Assembly: GCA_003281085.1 (NCBI GenBank)
Contig: QCCZ01000004.1
Location: 3,419-67,418, forward strand
Direction of reading: 5' to 3'
DNA from: OCS155 cluster bacterium AG-349-E07
GTDB lineage: Bacteria; Actinomycetota; Acidimicrobiia; Actinomarinales; Actinomarinaceae
Length of the DNA: 64,000 nt
The translations under genes and the position numbers were made by a program. The notes below the pieces were generated by a model that had not been told where the DNA came from, made no database searches, and worked only from the letters and a program-made list of their open reading frames with translations. Within the stretch, counting starts at the first letter, position 1; every line of letters starts with the position of its first letter. This document shows, piece after piece, positions 10,579-21,166 of this stretch.

Positions 10579-11124
10579 TTAATTCTCCCTAAATGGAAAT
10601 CCTAGCGATTGTAATAATACATAACCTTGGTTGTTATCGTTAGCAGAAGTACAAATAGTAATATTCATACCTCTTATATCACGAACTTTATCGTATTCAA
10701 CTTCTGGAAAAACTAACTGCTCGTTAAGTCCAAGTGTATAATTCCCGTTTCCATCAAATGATTTTTTATTAAAACCTCTAAAGTCTCTGATTCTTGGAAC
10801 AACTACTTGAACAAATCTGTCATAAAATTCCCACATACGATCACCACGAAGTGTTACTGCTACACCAATTGGCATGCCTTCTCGTATTTTAAATCCCGCA
10901 ATTGATTTTTTTGCACGCCTAATTACTGGTTTTTGTCCTGATATAGCTGTTAACTCATCAATCATAGATTCAAGTGCTCTTCCATCTGTAGCAGCTTTAC
11001 CATCACCAATGTTGATAATAATTTTATCAAGTGTTGGTATCTCATTTACATTATTAAGGCTAAGTTGCTCCATAACTGAAGTTTTCAATTCAGTATTAAA
11101 CTGCTCTTTTAATCTTGGTATCAT
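10579..11124 (-). CDS. rplE: 50S ribosomal protein L5
   Basis: 181 aa with L5 blocks ([28 protein letters not shown]). Confidence 0.96.
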   Translation of the reverse strand: MIPRLKEQFNTELKTSVMEQLSLNNVNEIPTLDKIIINIGDGKAATDGRALESMIDELTAISGQKPVIRRAKKSIAGFKIREGMPIGVAVTLRGDRMWEFYDRFVQVVVPRIRDFRGFNKKSFDGNGNYTLGLNEQLVFPEVEYDKVRDIRGMNITICTSANDNNQGYVLLQSLGFPFREN

Positions 11125-11423
11125 ACTTCATCACCTGTTTGTGCTAGCACTCGATACTTCTTACCATTTTTATCAAATTTATAACTCACTCTGCCTGACT
11201 TTTTCTTGACAACTAAAGCAACGTTGGAGACATCTATTGGCATACTCTTGTCGATTACACCGCCCTGCATTGTTTGACCTTGTGGTTTTTGATGTTTCTT
11301 TGTAATATTTACACCCTCAACAAGAACAGTCCCTTTTTTTGGAAATGCTTGCAAGACTTTTCCTTGTTTTCCTGAATCTTTACCAGATATGACTTTAACT
11401 AAGTCTCCTTTTTGAATTTTCAT
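11121..11423 (-). CDS. rplX: 50S ribosomal protein L24
   Basis: 100 aa with the KOW motif KGDLVKVISGKDSGKQGKV. Confidence 0.95.
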   Translation of the reverse strand: MKIQKGDLVKVISGKDSGKQGKVLQAFPKKGTVLVEGVNITKKHQKPQGQTMQGGVIDKSMPIDVSNVALVVKKKSGRVSYKFDKNGKKYRVLAQTGDEV

Positions 11424-11791
11424 TACAAAACCTCCGGCGCTAATGAAACTATTCTCATAAATCTTTTTTCTCTAAGTTCACGACCAACTGGGCCAAAAAT
11501 TCTTGTACCTCTAGGTTGATCTTGCTCGTTAATAATGACACAGGCGTTTTCGTCAAATCTAATATATGTACCATCTTTTCTTCTAGTTTCTTTTTTTGTT
11601 CGGACAACTACCGCGTTGACAATATCTCCTTTTTTAATTTGACCTCCAGGAATAGCGTCTTTTACAGTGGCTACAAAAACATCACCTAAGCCTGCATATC
11701 TAATTCTGGAACTACCTTTAACCTTTATACAAAGTACTTCTTTTGCACCTGAATTATCAGCAACTTTTAGTCTTGACTCTTTCTGTATCAT
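11423..11791 (-). CDS. rplN: 50S ribosomal protein L14
   Basis: 122 aa. The sequence [24 protein letters not shown] is typical of L14. Confidence 0.97.
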   Translation of the reverse strand: MIQKESRLKVADNSGAKEVLCIKVKGSSRIRYAGLGDVFVATVKDAIPGGQIKKGDIVNAVVVRTKKETRRKDGTYIRFDENACVIINEQDQPRGTRIFGPVGRELREKRFMRIVSLAPEVL

Positions 11792-12051
11792 CTTGCTCTT
11801 TCTACAATTTCAGTAATTCTCCAACGCTTTGTTTTTGAATATGGCTTAGTTTCCATAATTTTTACTGTATCACCAATTTTTGCGTCAAAATTTTCATCAT
11901 GTGCATGTAATTTTCTAGTCTTCTTTACAATTTTTTTATATTTTGGATGTGGGAATTGAATTTCAATTGAAACAGTAACTGTTTTTTCTCTTGAATCAGA
12001 AGTGACAATTCCGGTTCTAGTTTTTCTAAAAGATCTTGATTCTTCTACCAT
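11788..12051 (-). CDS. rpsQ: 30S ribosomal protein S17
   Basis: 87 aa. The sequence [13 protein letters not shown]...[19 protein letters not shown] is typical of S17. Confidence 0.95.
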   Translation of the reverse strand: MVEESRSFRKTRTGIVTSDSREKTVTVSIEIQFPHPKYKKIVKKTRKLHAHDENFDAKIGDTVKIMETKPYSKTKRWRITEIVERAR

Positions 12052-12263
12052 TACTCACCTTCCTCAACATTTTCAACACTAAGCTTTTCAGTCAAAACAG
12101 TATTTGCTTGAGCAATCTCTTTTCTAATTTTTTTAAATACAGAGGTGTCTTCTAATTGGCTTGTAGCTAATGCAAACCTTGAATCCATAAGTTCTTTTTT
12201 GAGATCAACTATCTTATTTTTCAATTCAGTGACAGAAAGCTCTCTTAAATCATTCACGCTCAT
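12051..12263 (-). CDS. rpmC: 50S ribosomal protein L29
   Basis: 70-aa helical protein ([20 protein letters not shown]) between rplP and rpsQ. Confidence 0.93.
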   Translation of the reverse strand: MSVNDLRELSVTELKNKIVDLKKELMDSRFALATSQLEDTSVFKKIRKEIAQANTVLTEKLSVENVEEGE

Positions 12264-12673
12264 AAGTTATCCCTTTTTACAAATTTAGTTTTCATTGGTA
12301 ACTTATGACCAGCTTTTCTCATAGCTTCTCTTGCAACATCTTCTGGAACACCAGAAATCTCAAAAATTATGCGACCAGGTTTTACTACAGCTACATAATA
12401 TTCGACGTTTCCTTTACCAGAGCCCATCCTTACCTCAGCAGGTTTTTGAGTTACAGGTTTATGAGGAAAAATGTTGATCCATACTTTTCCACCACGTTTC
12501 ATGGTTCTAGTTATTGTAATTCTTGCAGCTTCTATCTGTCTTCCTGTGACATAGGAAGTTTCAACTGCTTGAATTCCATAGTCACCAAAATTTACAGTGT
12601 TCCCACCTTTAGAGTTTCCTTTTCTTCTTCCTCGATGAGATTTTCTGTATTTTGTCTTTTTAGGCATCAACAT
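12260..12673 (-). CDS. rplP: 50S ribosomal protein L16
   Basis: 137 aa. The sequence [19 protein letters not shown] is typical of L16. Confidence 0.97.
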   Translation of the reverse strand: MLMPKKTKYRKSHRGRRKGNSKGGNTVNFGDYGIQAVETSYVTGRQIEAARITITRTMKRGGKVWINIFPHKPVTQKPAEVRMGSGKGNVEYYVAVVKPGRIIFEISGVPEDVAREAMRKAGHKLPMKTKFVKRDNL

Positions 12674-12676
12674 AAT

Positions 12677-13576
12677 TTACTCTTCTTCTAAGATAGATTT
12701 TTCTTCTTCAAATTCAGCTTGAGCAGTTTCTTTTGTAATTTTTTTACCGCCGCCAGCTTCAACTATATTTGAGGTCTTATCTTCTCCAGATTTTTTACCG
12801 CCGCCAGCTTCTAGAATCTTCGATTCTTTTTTCTCTCCCACTGCAGCTTCAGCTCTTGATTTAACTGATTTCACTCTTCCAGCTGCTGGGCCACCACTAG
12901 CTAAATTGGCTTCAGCGGAAATTTTTTCTTGTCTTAACTTGTTTGAACCGACAACATCACCTTTGTAAACCCAAACTTTTACCCCAATTGCTCCTACTGT
13001 AGTATGCGCGGCTGCTCTTCCAAAATCTATATCGGCTCTTAGGGTATGTAATGGTACTCTTCCTTCTCTATACCATTCTCTACGCCCCATTTCAGCACCG
13101 CCAAGTCTGCCTGAACACTCAACTCTGACTCCTTCAGCACCTGCTTTAAGCGCTGCGGAAACAGCTCTTTTCATTGCTCTACGAAATGCAACTCTGTTTT
13201 CTAACTGATCTGCTATACCCCTTGCTAACAATTGTGCGTCTAACTCAGCTTCTCTGATTTCAATGATGTTTAATTTAACAGGTTGTTTTGATAGCTTTTC
13301 AATGCCTTTTCTGAGTCGATCAGCTTCAACACCTTTTCTACCTATTACGACACCTGGTCTTGCAGTATGAATATCAACTGTAAGGGTTCCTCCTTTATCT
13401 CTTCTTTCAATCTCAATTCTTGACACTGCGGCTTTTGGTAGTTCTTTTGAAAGCAACTTTCTTATTTGATAATCTTGATTTACTAAATCCTTGTAGTCTT
13501 TGCTATTAAACCAACGAGACTTCCAATCATTAACGATTCCAATTCTAAATGCATATGGATGAGTTTTTTGACCCAT
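12677..13576 (-). CDS. rpsC: 30S ribosomal protein S3 with a long repetitive Lys/Glu/Gly-rich C-terminal tail
   Basis: 299 aa. The first ~215 aa are canonical S3 ([13 protein letters not shown].., KH domain). The last ~85 aa are a low-complexity extension. Confidence 0.95.
   Translation of the reverse strand: MGQKTHPYAFRIGIVNDWKSRWFNSKDYKDLVNQDYQIRKLLSKELPKAAVSRIEIERRDKGGTLTVDIHTARPGVVIGRKGVEADRLRKGIEKLSKQPVKLNIIEIREAELDAQLLARGIADQLENRVAFRRAMKRAVSAALKAGAEGVRVECSGRLGGAEMGRREWYREGRVPLHTLRADIDFGRAAAHTTVGAIGVKVWVYKGDVVGSNKLRQEKISAEANLASGGPAAGRVKSVKSRAEAAVGEKKESKILEAGGGKKSGEDKTSNIVEAGGGKKITKETAQAEFEEEKSILEEE
12741..12811. repeat. Direct 20-nt repeat (tttttaccgccgccagcttc) with 51-nt period inside the rpsC tail
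   Basis: Identical 20-mers at 12741-12760 and 12792-12811. They encode the duplicated peptide (I/V)(L/V)EAGGGKK. Confidence 0.85.
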
Positions 13577-13923
13577 TATTCACTCACACTTTCTAGTTCA
13601 ATTAATAAATGAGATGTCCTCTTATTAATTCTTCCTGCTCTTCCTCTTGCTCTTGGTCTAAATCTTTTCAATGTGGGACCTTCATCAGCAATAGCTTTTG
13701 ATATATATAAATCAGAAACATTTAGATTATAGTTTGTTTCAGCATTAGATATAGCGCTTTCTAATACTTGTTTAATTTCAACGGCTGCTCTTCTTTTAGT
13801 AAATGTTAAAACATTTAAAGCTTCTTGAACATCAAGACCCCTAATTAAATTAAGAACTAACCTCATTTTATAAGGTGATTGTCTTATATATTTTCCTTGT
13901 GCTTTAACTGTTGTGTTTTCCAT
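13576..13923 (-). CDS. rplV: 50S ribosomal protein L22
   Basis: 115 aa. The sequence [23 protein letters not shown] is typical of L22. Confidence 0.96.
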   Translation of the reverse strand: MENTTVKAQGKYIRQSPYKMRLVLNLIRGLDVQEALNVLTFTKRRAAVEIKQVLESAISNAETNYNLNVSDLYISKAIADEGPTLKRFRPRARGRAGRINKRTSHLLIELESVSE

Positions 13924-14186
13924 TAGTTTTGTCCCGGATGTCCTTTGAAAGTTCTTGTTGGTGAAAATTCTCCCAGCTTATGACCAACCATTGCTTCAGT
14001 TATAAATACAGGTAGATGCTGTCTCCCATTATGAACTGCAATAGTAAGTCCAACCATTTCAGGAACTACTGTTGATCTTCTGCTCCAAGTTTTAATAACA
14101 GATTTGTTGCCGGTATTTTGAGCATCTTCTACTTTTTTAAGCAGATGTTCATCTACAAATGGTCCTTTTCTTAAACTTCTAGCCAT
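13923..14186 (-). CDS. rpsS: 30S ribosomal protein S19
   Basis: The true start is [19 protein letters not shown] at 14186. The 38-codon upstream extension in the ORF track overlaps the rplB 3' end and is not S19-like. Confidence 0.95.
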   Translation of the reverse strand: MARSLRKGPFVDEHLLKKVEDAQNTGNKSVIKTWSRRSTVVPEMVGLTIAVHNGRQHLPVFITEAMVGHKLGEFSPTRTFKGHPGQN

Positions 14187-14187
14187 G

Positions 14188-15021
14188 TTAATTTCTACCT
14201 TTTTGTGATCTTCTTCTAACAATTGATTTATTGCTGTACTTTTTCTTTTTCCTAGTCTTCTTTTCTGGTTTACCCCATGGGCTAACAGGCACTCTACCAC
14301 CAGAGGATTTTCCTTCTCCTCCGCCTAAAGGATGGTCGACAGGGTTCATGGCAACACCTCTTGTCTGTGGCCTAACCCCTTTCCATCTACTTCTACCTGC
14401 TTTACCTAATTTTGTAAGTTCTGCTTCAGCATTTCCCACAATTCCTACAGTTGCTCTGCAATCCATTGGAACTGTTCTCATTTCTCCAGATGGTAAGCGA
14501 AGCAATGCTGAATCACCCTCTTTACTCATAAGCTGAACAGATGATCCTGCTGATCTTGCCATCTTTGCTCCACCACCAGGTCTTAATTCAACGGCATGTA
14601 CAAAAGTACCTGCGGGTATATTTCTTAATGGTAAACAATTGCCATCTTTAATATCTGCTTTTGGTCCTGACTCTACTCTGGAGTCAACGGATATGCCATC
14701 TGGTGCAATAATGTATGACTTTTCTCCATCAACATAGTGCAAAAGAGCAATTCTTGCATTTCTATTTGGATCATATTCAATTCCAGCAACTCGTGCAGGG
14801 ATGCCATCTTTGATTCTTTTGAAATCTATTACTCTATATTTTTGTTTGTGTCCTCCACCTCTGTGTCTTGAAGTAATTCTTCCTTTGTTATTTCGACCAC
14901 CAGATGATTTTTTTGACTCTAAAAGTGATTTTTCAGGTTTCTTTTTTGTAATATCTTTAAAATCTGTAGAAACCTGACCACGCATTCCTGGAGTAACTGG
15001 TCTAATTTTCTTTGAACCCAT
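14188..15021 (-). CDS. rplB: 50S ribosomal protein L2
   Basis: 277 aa with L2 blocks ([29 protein letters not shown]). Confidence 0.97.
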   Translation of the reverse strand: MGSKKIRPVTPGMRGQVSTDFKDITKKKPEKSLLESKKSSGGRNNKGRITSRHRGGGHKQKYRVIDFKRIKDGIPARVAGIEYDPNRNARIALLHYVDGEKSYIIAPDGISVDSRVESGPKADIKDGNCLPLRNIPAGTFVHAVELRPGGGAKMARSAGSSVQLMSKEGDSALLRLPSGEMRTVPMDCRATVGIVGNAEAELTKLGKAGRSRWKGVRPQTRGVAMNPVDHPLGGGEGKSSGGRVPVSPWGKPEKKTRKKKKYSNKSIVRRRSQKGRN

Positions 15022-15023
15022 TA

Positions 15024-15311
15024 TTAAACTCCAAAAGCCTCAATAGTATCCCCTTCTGCGAGAGTAACTATTGCTATTTTTCTTGTACTTTGTTGGCCAA
15101 TTATATATCCAAATCTTTTTTTCTTTCCTTTTCGATACATTGTGTTGACTCTTAAAACTTTTACACCAAACATTTCTTCAACTGCCTTTTTAATTTGTGG
15201 TTTGTCTGTTTTTGTGTGAACAAAAAAAGAGTAAGAATTTGAATCAGAAATTCTATCATATGATTTTTCTGATATAACTGGAGCGATTAAAACATCTTCT
15301 AAATATTTCAT
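15024..15311 (-). CDS. rplW: 50S ribosomal protein L23
   Basis: 95 aa. The sequence is L23-like ([11 protein letters not shown]...) and the gene sits between rplD and rplB. Confidence 0.94.
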   Translation of the reverse strand: MKYLEDVLIAPVISEKSYDRISDSNSYSFFVHTKTDKPQIKKAVEEMFGVKVLRVNTMYRKGKKKRFGYIIGQQSTRKIAIVTLAEGDTIEAFGV

Positions 15312-15931
15312 TATTCTTCTCCTAAGAATTCTGAGATCGCATCAATAGAAAAAACTGTATCATCTGTTGAAATGATGTCGATAGCAGCTAGTTTTTTTAC
15401 AGATACCAGTCTTGATTTTGGAATATTATTAAAGGATTTGTATAAATTTTCATCGTTATCACTATAAATAAATGTAAAATTTCTTTCTATATTTAACTCA
15501 TTTAGAGAAGCAACTGCTTGTTTGGTAGATGGTGTAGAAAAATCTGATCCATTAACTACAAAAACCGAACTTTCTTCAATTCTTTGTGATATTGCCATAT
15601 CTAGTGCTTTCTTTTTCATTTTTTTTGGAGTTCTGTCTTGATAAACTCTTGTACCAGGTCCATGTGCAACACCACCCCCTGCGAATTGTGGGGATCTAAG
15701 AGAACCTTGTCTAGCCCTACCTGTTCCCTTTTGTGACCAAGGTTTTGCACCTGTTCCAGATACCTGTGCACGTGTTTTAACACTTGCAGTATTATTCCTA
15801 AAATTTGTTCTGCTGCCTTTTACGACTTGATGAAGCAATCCAAGATTTATGTCTTCTAATTTGTTGAACGCATATTGTTTTTTTGAAACTTTGTTATCAG
15901 ATATATTTATGGTATCAAGCTTTACAGTCAT
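15311..15931 (-). CDS. rplD: 50S ribosomal protein L4
   Basis: 206 aa. The sequence GTGAKPWSQKGTGRARQGSLRSPQFAGGGVAHGP is typical of L4. Confidence 0.96.
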   Translation of the reverse strand: MTVKLDTINISDNKVSKKQYAFNKLEDINLGLLHQVVKGSRTNFRNNTASVKTRAQVSGTGAKPWSQKGTGRARQGSLRSPQFAGGGVAHGPGTRVYQDRTPKKMKKKALDMAISQRIEESSVFVVNGSDFSTPSTKQAVASLNELNIERNFTFIYSDNDENLYKSFNNIPKSRLVSVKKLAAIDIISTDDTVFSIDAISEFLGEE

Positions 15932-16560
15932 TAGTTAACCTTCACTGCACTTTGTACTTGAACAATATTGCCTTTATTACCAGGGACAGAACCATTAACT
16001 AGTAAATAATTTTTTTCTTCATTCAAACCTACGATTGTCACAGATTGAGTAGTTGTTTTTTGGTTTCCCATACGACCTGCCATTTTTTGTCCTTTAAAAA
16101 CATGTCCAGGAAAAGAAGCATTTCCAATCGAACCGCCAGCTCTATGAACTTTGTGCACACCGTGGCTAGCTTTTTGTCCAGAAAAGTTATGTCTTTTCAT
16201 AACACCAGCAAAACCTTTCCCTTTCGATATTCCAGTAATGTCTACTTTCTGACCTATCTCAAAAAAATCTTTTACGTTGATCTTCGCTCCTGGATTCAAT
16301 GCAGAGTCTTCATCAACTTTGACTTCATGTAAAACTTCTCCTGGTTCAACATCATATTTTTTGTAGTGACTCTCTAGAGGTTTTGAGAGATTTTTCTTTT
16401 TACCAATAGTTAGTTGAACTGCACTATATCCGTCTGTTTCATTATTTTTAACTTGGACAACTCTGCAGTCTGACACATCCAAAACTGTAACCCCTAGGGA
16501 TTTTGAATTTTCATCATATATTTGAGTCATTCCAACTTTTTTTGCAATTAAAGTTTTCAT
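15931..16560 (-). CDS. rplC: 50S ribosomal protein L3
   Basis: 209 aa. The sequence [25 protein letters not shown]...SHG is typical of L3. Confidence 0.96.
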   Translation of the reverse strand: MKTLIAKKVGMTQIYDENSKSLGVTVLDVSDCRVVQVKNNETDGYSAVQLTIGKKKNLSKPLESHYKKYDVEPGEVLHEVKVDEDSALNPGAKINVKDFFEIGQKVDITGISKGKGFAGVMKRHNFSGQKASHGVHKVHRAGGSIGNASFPGHVFKGQKMAGRMGNQKTTTQSVTIVGLNEEKNYLLVNGSVPGNKGNIVQVQSAVKVN

Positions 16561-16868
16561 AATTTAATTTCTACCTCAACACCAGCAGGTAAATCGAGTC
16601 TCATTAATGAATCTACAGTTTTTGGTGTTGGTTCTACAATATCAATCAAACGTTTATGAATTCGCATTTCAAAATGTTCTCTTGATTTTTTATCAACATG
16701 AGGTGATCTAATGACACAATATCTATGGATTTTTGTTGGTAGAGGAATTGGACCTTTTACCTTGGCCTGAGTTTTTATGACAGTTTCAGCAATTTTACGT
16801 GCAGACTCGTCTACGACATAATTGTCGTATGCTTTTAGCTTTATTCTAATTTGCTGTTCTTTTGCCAT
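16557..16868 (-). CDS. rpsJ: 30S ribosomal protein S10
   Basis: 103 aa. The sequence [28 protein letters not shown] is typical of S10. Confidence 0.97.
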   Translation of the reverse strand: MAKEQQIRIKLKAYDNYVVDESARKIAETVIKTQAKVKGPIPLPTKIHRYCVIRSPHVDKKSREHFEMRIHKRLIDIVEPTPKTVDSLMRLDLPAGVEVEIKL

Positions 16869-16877
16869 TTTTTCCTC

Positions 16878-16911
16878 AAAAAAAAACCGGGAGTATGAAT
16901 TCTACTCCCGG
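16878..16911 (-). terminator. Intrinsic terminator / attenuator hairpin between tuf and rpsJ
   Basis: The minus strand reads CCGGGAGTA-GAATTCA-TACTCCCGG (9-bp stem) followed by nine U. It begins 10 nt after the tuf stop, and the U-tract abuts the rpsJ GAGGA Shine-Dalgarno. Confidence 0.8.
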
Positions 16912-16921
16912 TTAGTTTTTA

Positions 16922-18106
16922 TTACTCAATAACCTTTGTCACTTGTCCAGCTCCAACTGTTCTTCCGCCTTCTCTAATTGCGAACTTTACACCCTCTTCC
17001 ATAGCAATTGGGGATATAAGCTCAACAGAGATAGCAACGTTGTCACCAGGCATGACCATTTCAGTACCTTCTGAAAGACTGACTTCGCCAGTTACATCAG
17101 TTGTTCTGAAATAAAACTGAGGTCTATAACCTTTAAAGAATGGGTTGTGTCTACCACCCTCTTCTTTTGTAAGCACATAAACTTCAGCTTCAAATTTAGT
17201 ATGAGGTGTGATTGAACCAGGTTTAGCAATAACTTGGCCTCTCTCAACATCATCTTTGTCTACGCCTCTTAAAAGTAGTCCAACATTGTCACCAGCTCTG
17301 CCTTCATCAAGAAGTTTTCTAAACATCTCAACACCAGTACATACTGATTTAGTTGTTTCCCTAATTCCAACAATCTCAACTTCTTCGTTAACGTTGACAA
17401 TACCTTGTTCAATTCTTCCTGTAACAACAGTACCCCTACCAGTGATAGAGAACACATCCTCAACAGGCATCAAAAATGGTTTATCAACTATTCTTGTTGG
17501 TTCTTCGATGTAGGCGTCAACTTGATCCATTAATTCTTTAACAGCGTTTATGCCTTCTTCTTTACCCTCAAGAGCAGCGAGTGCTGAACCTTTTACTACT
17601 GGAACATCATCACCAGGAAAGTCATACTCGTTTAATAATTCTCTAACTTCCATTTCTACAAGATCTAAAAGCTCATCGTCATCAACTTGGTCGACTTTAT
17701 TAAGGAATACTGCAATAGCTGGTACACCAACTTGTCTAGCTAGTAGAACGTGTTCTCGGGTTTGTGGCATAGGACCATCTGCAGCAGATACAACCAAAAT
17801 TGCTCCATCAACTTGTGCCGCACCTGTAATCATGTTTTTAACATAATCAGCGTGACCAGGCATGTCTACGTGAGCATAATGTCTGTTTTCAGTTTCATAC
17901 TCAACGTGAGCGATCTGGATAGTGATTCCTCTTTCCCTCTCTTCAGGGGCTTTGTCAATATCTTCAAAAGCAGTAGCTTCACCACCGCTAGCTTCGGATA
18001 AGACTTTTGTAATAGCGGCCGTCAATGTCGTTTTACCGTGGTCAATGTGTCCCATTGTACCAACGTTCACATGAGGCTTGCTACGGTCAAATTTTTCCTT
18101 TGACAT
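16922..18106 (-). CDS. tuf: Elongation factor Tu
   Basis: 394 aa with the [18 protein letters not shown] and NKVD GTPase motifs. It is EF-Tu-like over its full length. Confidence 0.98.
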   Translation of the reverse strand: MSKEKFDRSKPHVNVGTMGHIDHGKTTLTAAITKVLSEASGGEATAFEDIDKAPEERERGITIQIAHVEYETENRHYAHVDMPGHADYVKNMITGAAQVDGAILVVSAADGPMPQTREHVLLARQVGVPAIAVFLNKVDQVDDDELLDLVEMEVRELLNEYDFPGDDVPVVKGSALAALEGKEEGINAVKELMDQVDAYIEEPTRIVDKPFLMPVEDVFSITGRGTVVTGRIEQGIVNVNEEVEIVGIRETTKSVCTGVEMFRKLLDEGRAGDNVGLLLRGVDKDDVERGQVIAKPGSITPHTKFEAEVYVLTKEEGGRHNPFFKGYRPQFYFRTTDVTGEVSLSEGTEMVMPGDNVAISVELISPIAMEEGVKFAIREGGRTVGAGQVTKVIE

Positions 18107-18126
18107 ATTTTCTCCTTTTTTATAAA

Positions 18127-18148
18127 TTTAAACCCATTCAGGTTTAAA
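18127..18148 (-). other. AT-rich hairpin spanning the fusA stop codon (possible processing or attenuation element)
   Basis: TTTAAACC-6 nt-GGTTTAAA forms an 8-bp stem with only two G:C pairs. On the minus strand it is followed by TTTAT and then the tuf AAGGAG SD. Confidence 0.25.
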
Positions 18149-20231
18149 CTTCTACCTCTACTCCACGAATACTCGCAGTTATTTCTTTAGTTATGCTGTC
18201 TGGTACGTCTTCATAACTATCAAACTGCATCGTAAATGTTGCACGGCCTTGTGTTCGGGAACGCAAATCAGTTGCGTATCCAAACATTTCTGATAATGGT
18301 ACTTTAGCATTGACAACCTTTGCAGATCCTCTTTGCTCCATTTCAGCTATCTTGCCTCTTCTTGAGGAAAGATCTCCGACAACATCTCCCATAAAATCTT
18401 CAGGTGTAACTACTTCTACATTCATTACAGGTTCTAGTAGTTTAACTCCTGCTTTTTTTGCTCCATCTTTTAATGCCATGGAGCCAGCAATTTTAAAAGC
18501 CATTTCAGAGGAGTCTACATCGTGATAAGTTCCGTCCTTTAAAGTTGCTTTTACATTTACTAAAGGATATCCAGCTAACACACCTGTTTCCATTGCAGCT
18601 TCAACACCAGCATTGACAGAAGGAATATATTCTTTCGGAATCCTCCCGCTTTTAATTAAATCTACAAACTCGTAACCATCTTCAATTGGCTCAAATTCCA
18701 TAATGACGTGTCCATACTGACCCCTACCGCCACTTTGACGGATGTATTTTGCCTCAACATCTGTTTTCTTTTTAAGTGCTTCTCTATAGGCTACTTGAGG
18801 CTTACCAATATTAGCTTCAACCTTAAATTCTCGTTTAAGTCTGTCTACAAGTATGTCTAGATGTAACTCTCCCATACCAGAAATAATTGTTTGTCCTGTT
18901 TCTTCATCTGACTGAACTCTAAATGTTGGATCTTCTTCAGCAAGTTTTTGGAGTCCTTCTGAAAGCTTTTCTTCGTCTGCTTTAGATTTTGGCTCAATTG
19001 CTACAGATATTACAGGTTCTGGAAAAGTCATTGATTCTAATTGAATTAAATCTGATGAGGCTGATAAAGTATCTCCCGTCTTAGCATTTTTGAGTCCTAC
19101 GCCAGCAACAATATCTCCAGCGCAAATGAAATCTATATCTTCTCTTGAATTAGAATGCATTCTTAAAATTCTTCCAAGTCTCTCTTCTTTACCTGTTGTT
19201 GTGTTAGTTACTTTGTCTCCTTTATTGAGTGTGCCTGAATAAACTCTAAAGTAAGTCAATTTACCAACATGTGGATCGCTAACTACTTTAAATGCCAAGG
19301 CTGAGAATGGATCTTCGTCACTATGCTCTCTAACAAGTTCATTTTCTTCATCGCCAGGCTTAAATCCTGTTACAGCATCAATATCTAAAGGTGACGGAAG
19401 ATAATCAACAACAGCATCTAATAAAAGTTGTACACCTTTATTCTTAAATGCACTACCAGCTAATACTGGTACAAATAATCCATCAAGCGTACCTTTTCTA
19501 ATAGCTTTTTTAATATCTTCGACTGAAAGTTCTTCATCAGCAAAATATTTTTCTAAAACATCATCATCAGCTTCAGCAACTACATCAAGCAACTCTTGTC
19601 TTTTTAACTGAGCTTCTTCTAATTTATCATCTGGAATATCAGATATATCCCATTCTGTTCCATCATCTTTTGACCATGTATGGGCTTTCATTTCGACAAG
19701 ATCGATCACACCTATAAAATCTGCTTCAGAACCTATTGGAATATGAAGTACTGCGGGCTTTGCTTCTAGCCTTTCAACAATAGATTGAACGTCGAAATCA
19801 AAATCTGCACCAGTACGGTCTAATTTATTTACAAAACATATTCTTGGTACATTATATTTATCTGCTTGTCTCCATACTGTTTCAGACTGAGGCTCTACAC
19901 CAGCAACTCCATCAAAAACTGCAACTGCCCCATCAAGCACTCTTAATGATCTTTCAACCTCGACAGTAAAATCAACGTGTCCAGGAGTATCAATAATATT
20001 AATTGTGTGTTTGTTCCAAGAACATGTTGTTGCAGCAGAAGTAATAGTTATACCTCTTTCTTGCTCCTGTTCCATCCAATCCATAACAGCAGCACCATCA
20101 TGAACTTCTCCAATTTTGTAAGTTTTGCCTGTGTAATATAAAATTCTCTCAGTCAATGTTGTTTTTCCAGCATCTATATGAGCCATGATTCCGATGTTTC
20201 TTAAATTGTTTAGTTCAACTTCTCTACTCAT
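18144..20231 (-). CDS. fusA: Elongation factor G
   Basis: 695 aa with [17 protein letters not shown] and NKLD motifs and EF-G domains IV and V. Confidence 0.98.
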   Translation of the reverse strand: MSREVELNNLRNIGIMAHIDAGKTTLTERILYYTGKTYKIGEVHDGAAVMDWMEQEQERGITITSAATTCSWNKHTINIIDTPGHVDFTVEVERSLRVLDGAVAVFDGVAGVEPQSETVWRQADKYNVPRICFVNKLDRTGADFDFDVQSIVERLEAKPAVLHIPIGSEADFIGVIDLVEMKAHTWSKDDGTEWDISDIPDDKLEEAQLKRQELLDVVAEADDDVLEKYFADEELSVEDIKKAIRKGTLDGLFVPVLAGSAFKNKGVQLLLDAVVDYLPSPLDIDAVTGFKPGDEENELVREHSDEDPFSALAFKVVSDPHVGKLTYFRVYSGTLNKGDKVTNTTTGKEERLGRILRMHSNSREDIDFICAGDIVAGVGLKNAKTGDTLSASSDLIQLESMTFPEPVISVAIEPKSKADEEKLSEGLQKLAEEDPTFRVQSDEETGQTIISGMGELHLDILVDRLKREFKVEANIGKPQVAYREALKKKTDVEAKYIRQSGGRGQYGHVIMEFEPIEDGYEFVDLIKSGRIPKEYIPSVNAGVEAAMETGVLAGYPLVNVKATLKDGTYHDVDSSEMAFKIAGSMALKDGAKKAGVKLLEPVMNVEVVTPEDFMGDVVGDLSSRRGKIAEMEQRGSAKVVNAKVPLSEMFGYATDLRSRTQGRATFTMQFDSYEDVPDSITKEITASIRGVEVEV

Positions 20232-20234
20232 TTT

Positions 20235-20702
20235 TTACCACCTGTAATGAGCAAATGCTCTATTTGATTCAGCCATTTTGTGTACATCTTCTCTTTTTTT
20301 AACTGAGGCACCAGTTTTGTTACTAGCATCAAGTATCTCTCTGCCAAGACGCTCTGACATGGTCTTTTCACCTCTTTTTCTTGATGAATCAACAATCCAC
20401 CGGATTGCAAGAGTTGTACTCCTTCTATTTGGAACTTCCATCGGTACTTGGTAGTTTGTTCCGCCTACTCTTCTTGATTTAGTCTCTATTTGAGGTTTAA
20501 CATTTTCAAAGGCATCTTTTAAGACATCCATAGCGTCGGATCCAGCTTGTTTTTGAACTAGTTCCAAAGCGCCATAAACTATACCGCTGGCTAAATCTTT
20601 TTTACCATCTAAAAGAACTTGATTTATTATTTGAGATACTAAAACACTGTTGTAAATGGGATCTGGTTCAGCTTTTCGTTTTATTGATGGTCCTCTTCTC
20701 AT
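20235..20702 (-). CDS. rpsG: 30S ribosomal protein S7
   Basis: 155 aa. The sequence is S7-like (..[16 protein letters not shown]..) with the C-terminal RAFAHYRW. Confidence 0.97.
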   Translation of the reverse strand: MRRGPSIKRKAEPDPIYNSVLVSQIINQVLLDGKKDLASGIVYGALELVQKQAGSDAMDVLKDAFENVKPQIETKSRRVGGTNYQVPMEVPNRRSTTLAIRWIVDSSRKRGEKTMSERLGREILDASNKTGASVKKREDVHKMAESNRAFAHYRW

Positions 20703-20705
20703 AAC

Positions 20706-21074
20706 TTAACCTTTTTTACTACCGTACCTTGACCTAGCTTGTTTTCTATCAGAAACTCCGGATGTGTCTAATGCACCTCTAATAACTTTATATCTAACGC
20801 CAGGAAGGTCTTTAACTCTTCCACCTCTTACTAGTACTATAGAATGTTCCTGTAAGTTGTGTCCTTCTCCTGGTATATACGCAGTTACCTCAGTACCGGT
20901 TGAAAGTCTTACTCTACATACTTTCCTTAATGCAGAGTTTGGTTTTTTTGGTGTCACAGTATATACACGAGTACAAACACCTCTTCTTTGAGGCGAACCT
21001 TTAAGTCCAGGTGTCTTTTCTTTTGACACTTTGGACTTTCTTCCTTTTCTGACCAACTGTTGTATAGTAGGCAT
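20706..21074 (-). CDS. rpsL: 30S ribosomal protein S12
   Basis: 122 aa. The sequence [12 protein letters not shown]...[15 protein letters not shown] is typical of S12. Confidence 0.98.
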   Translation of the reverse strand: MPTIQQLVRKGRKSKVSKEKTPGLKGSPQRRGVCTRVYTVTPKKPNSALRKVCRVRLSTGTEVTAYIPGEGHNLQEHSIVLVRGGRVKDLPGVRYKVIRGALDTSGVSDRKQARSRYGSKKG

Positions 21075-21119
21075 AAATTATCCAATCAATTTTTTGTATT
21101 ATTGGCTTACCGAAAAAGT

Positions 21120-21148
21120 AGTATATGACGAATTTAAACTTACAACAA
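21120..21148 (-). promoter_or_regulatory. Candidate sigma-70-type promoter for rpsL-rpsG-fusA-tuf
   Basis: The minus strand reads TTGTTG-17 nt-TATACT, about 45 nt upstream of the rpsL ATG in the 92-nt rpoC-rpsL spacer. Such hexamers arise easily in AT-rich DNA. Confidence 0.3.
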
Positions 21149-21166
21149 CCTTTTCTTTATAAGTTT

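Noticed and set aside
14187-14300. N-terminal extensions proposed by the longest-ORF track for rpsS (to 14300). The same applies to rpsD (to 4035), rpoA (to 3387), rplF (to 9880), secE (to 31805), rpoB (to 28501) and the Fe-binding protein (to 55181).
   Set aside because: The extensions overlap the upstream gene or a tRNA, or translate the Shine-Dalgarno itself. They are not family-like. Internal starts give canonical N-termini ([18 protein letters not shown], a signal peptide, and so on).
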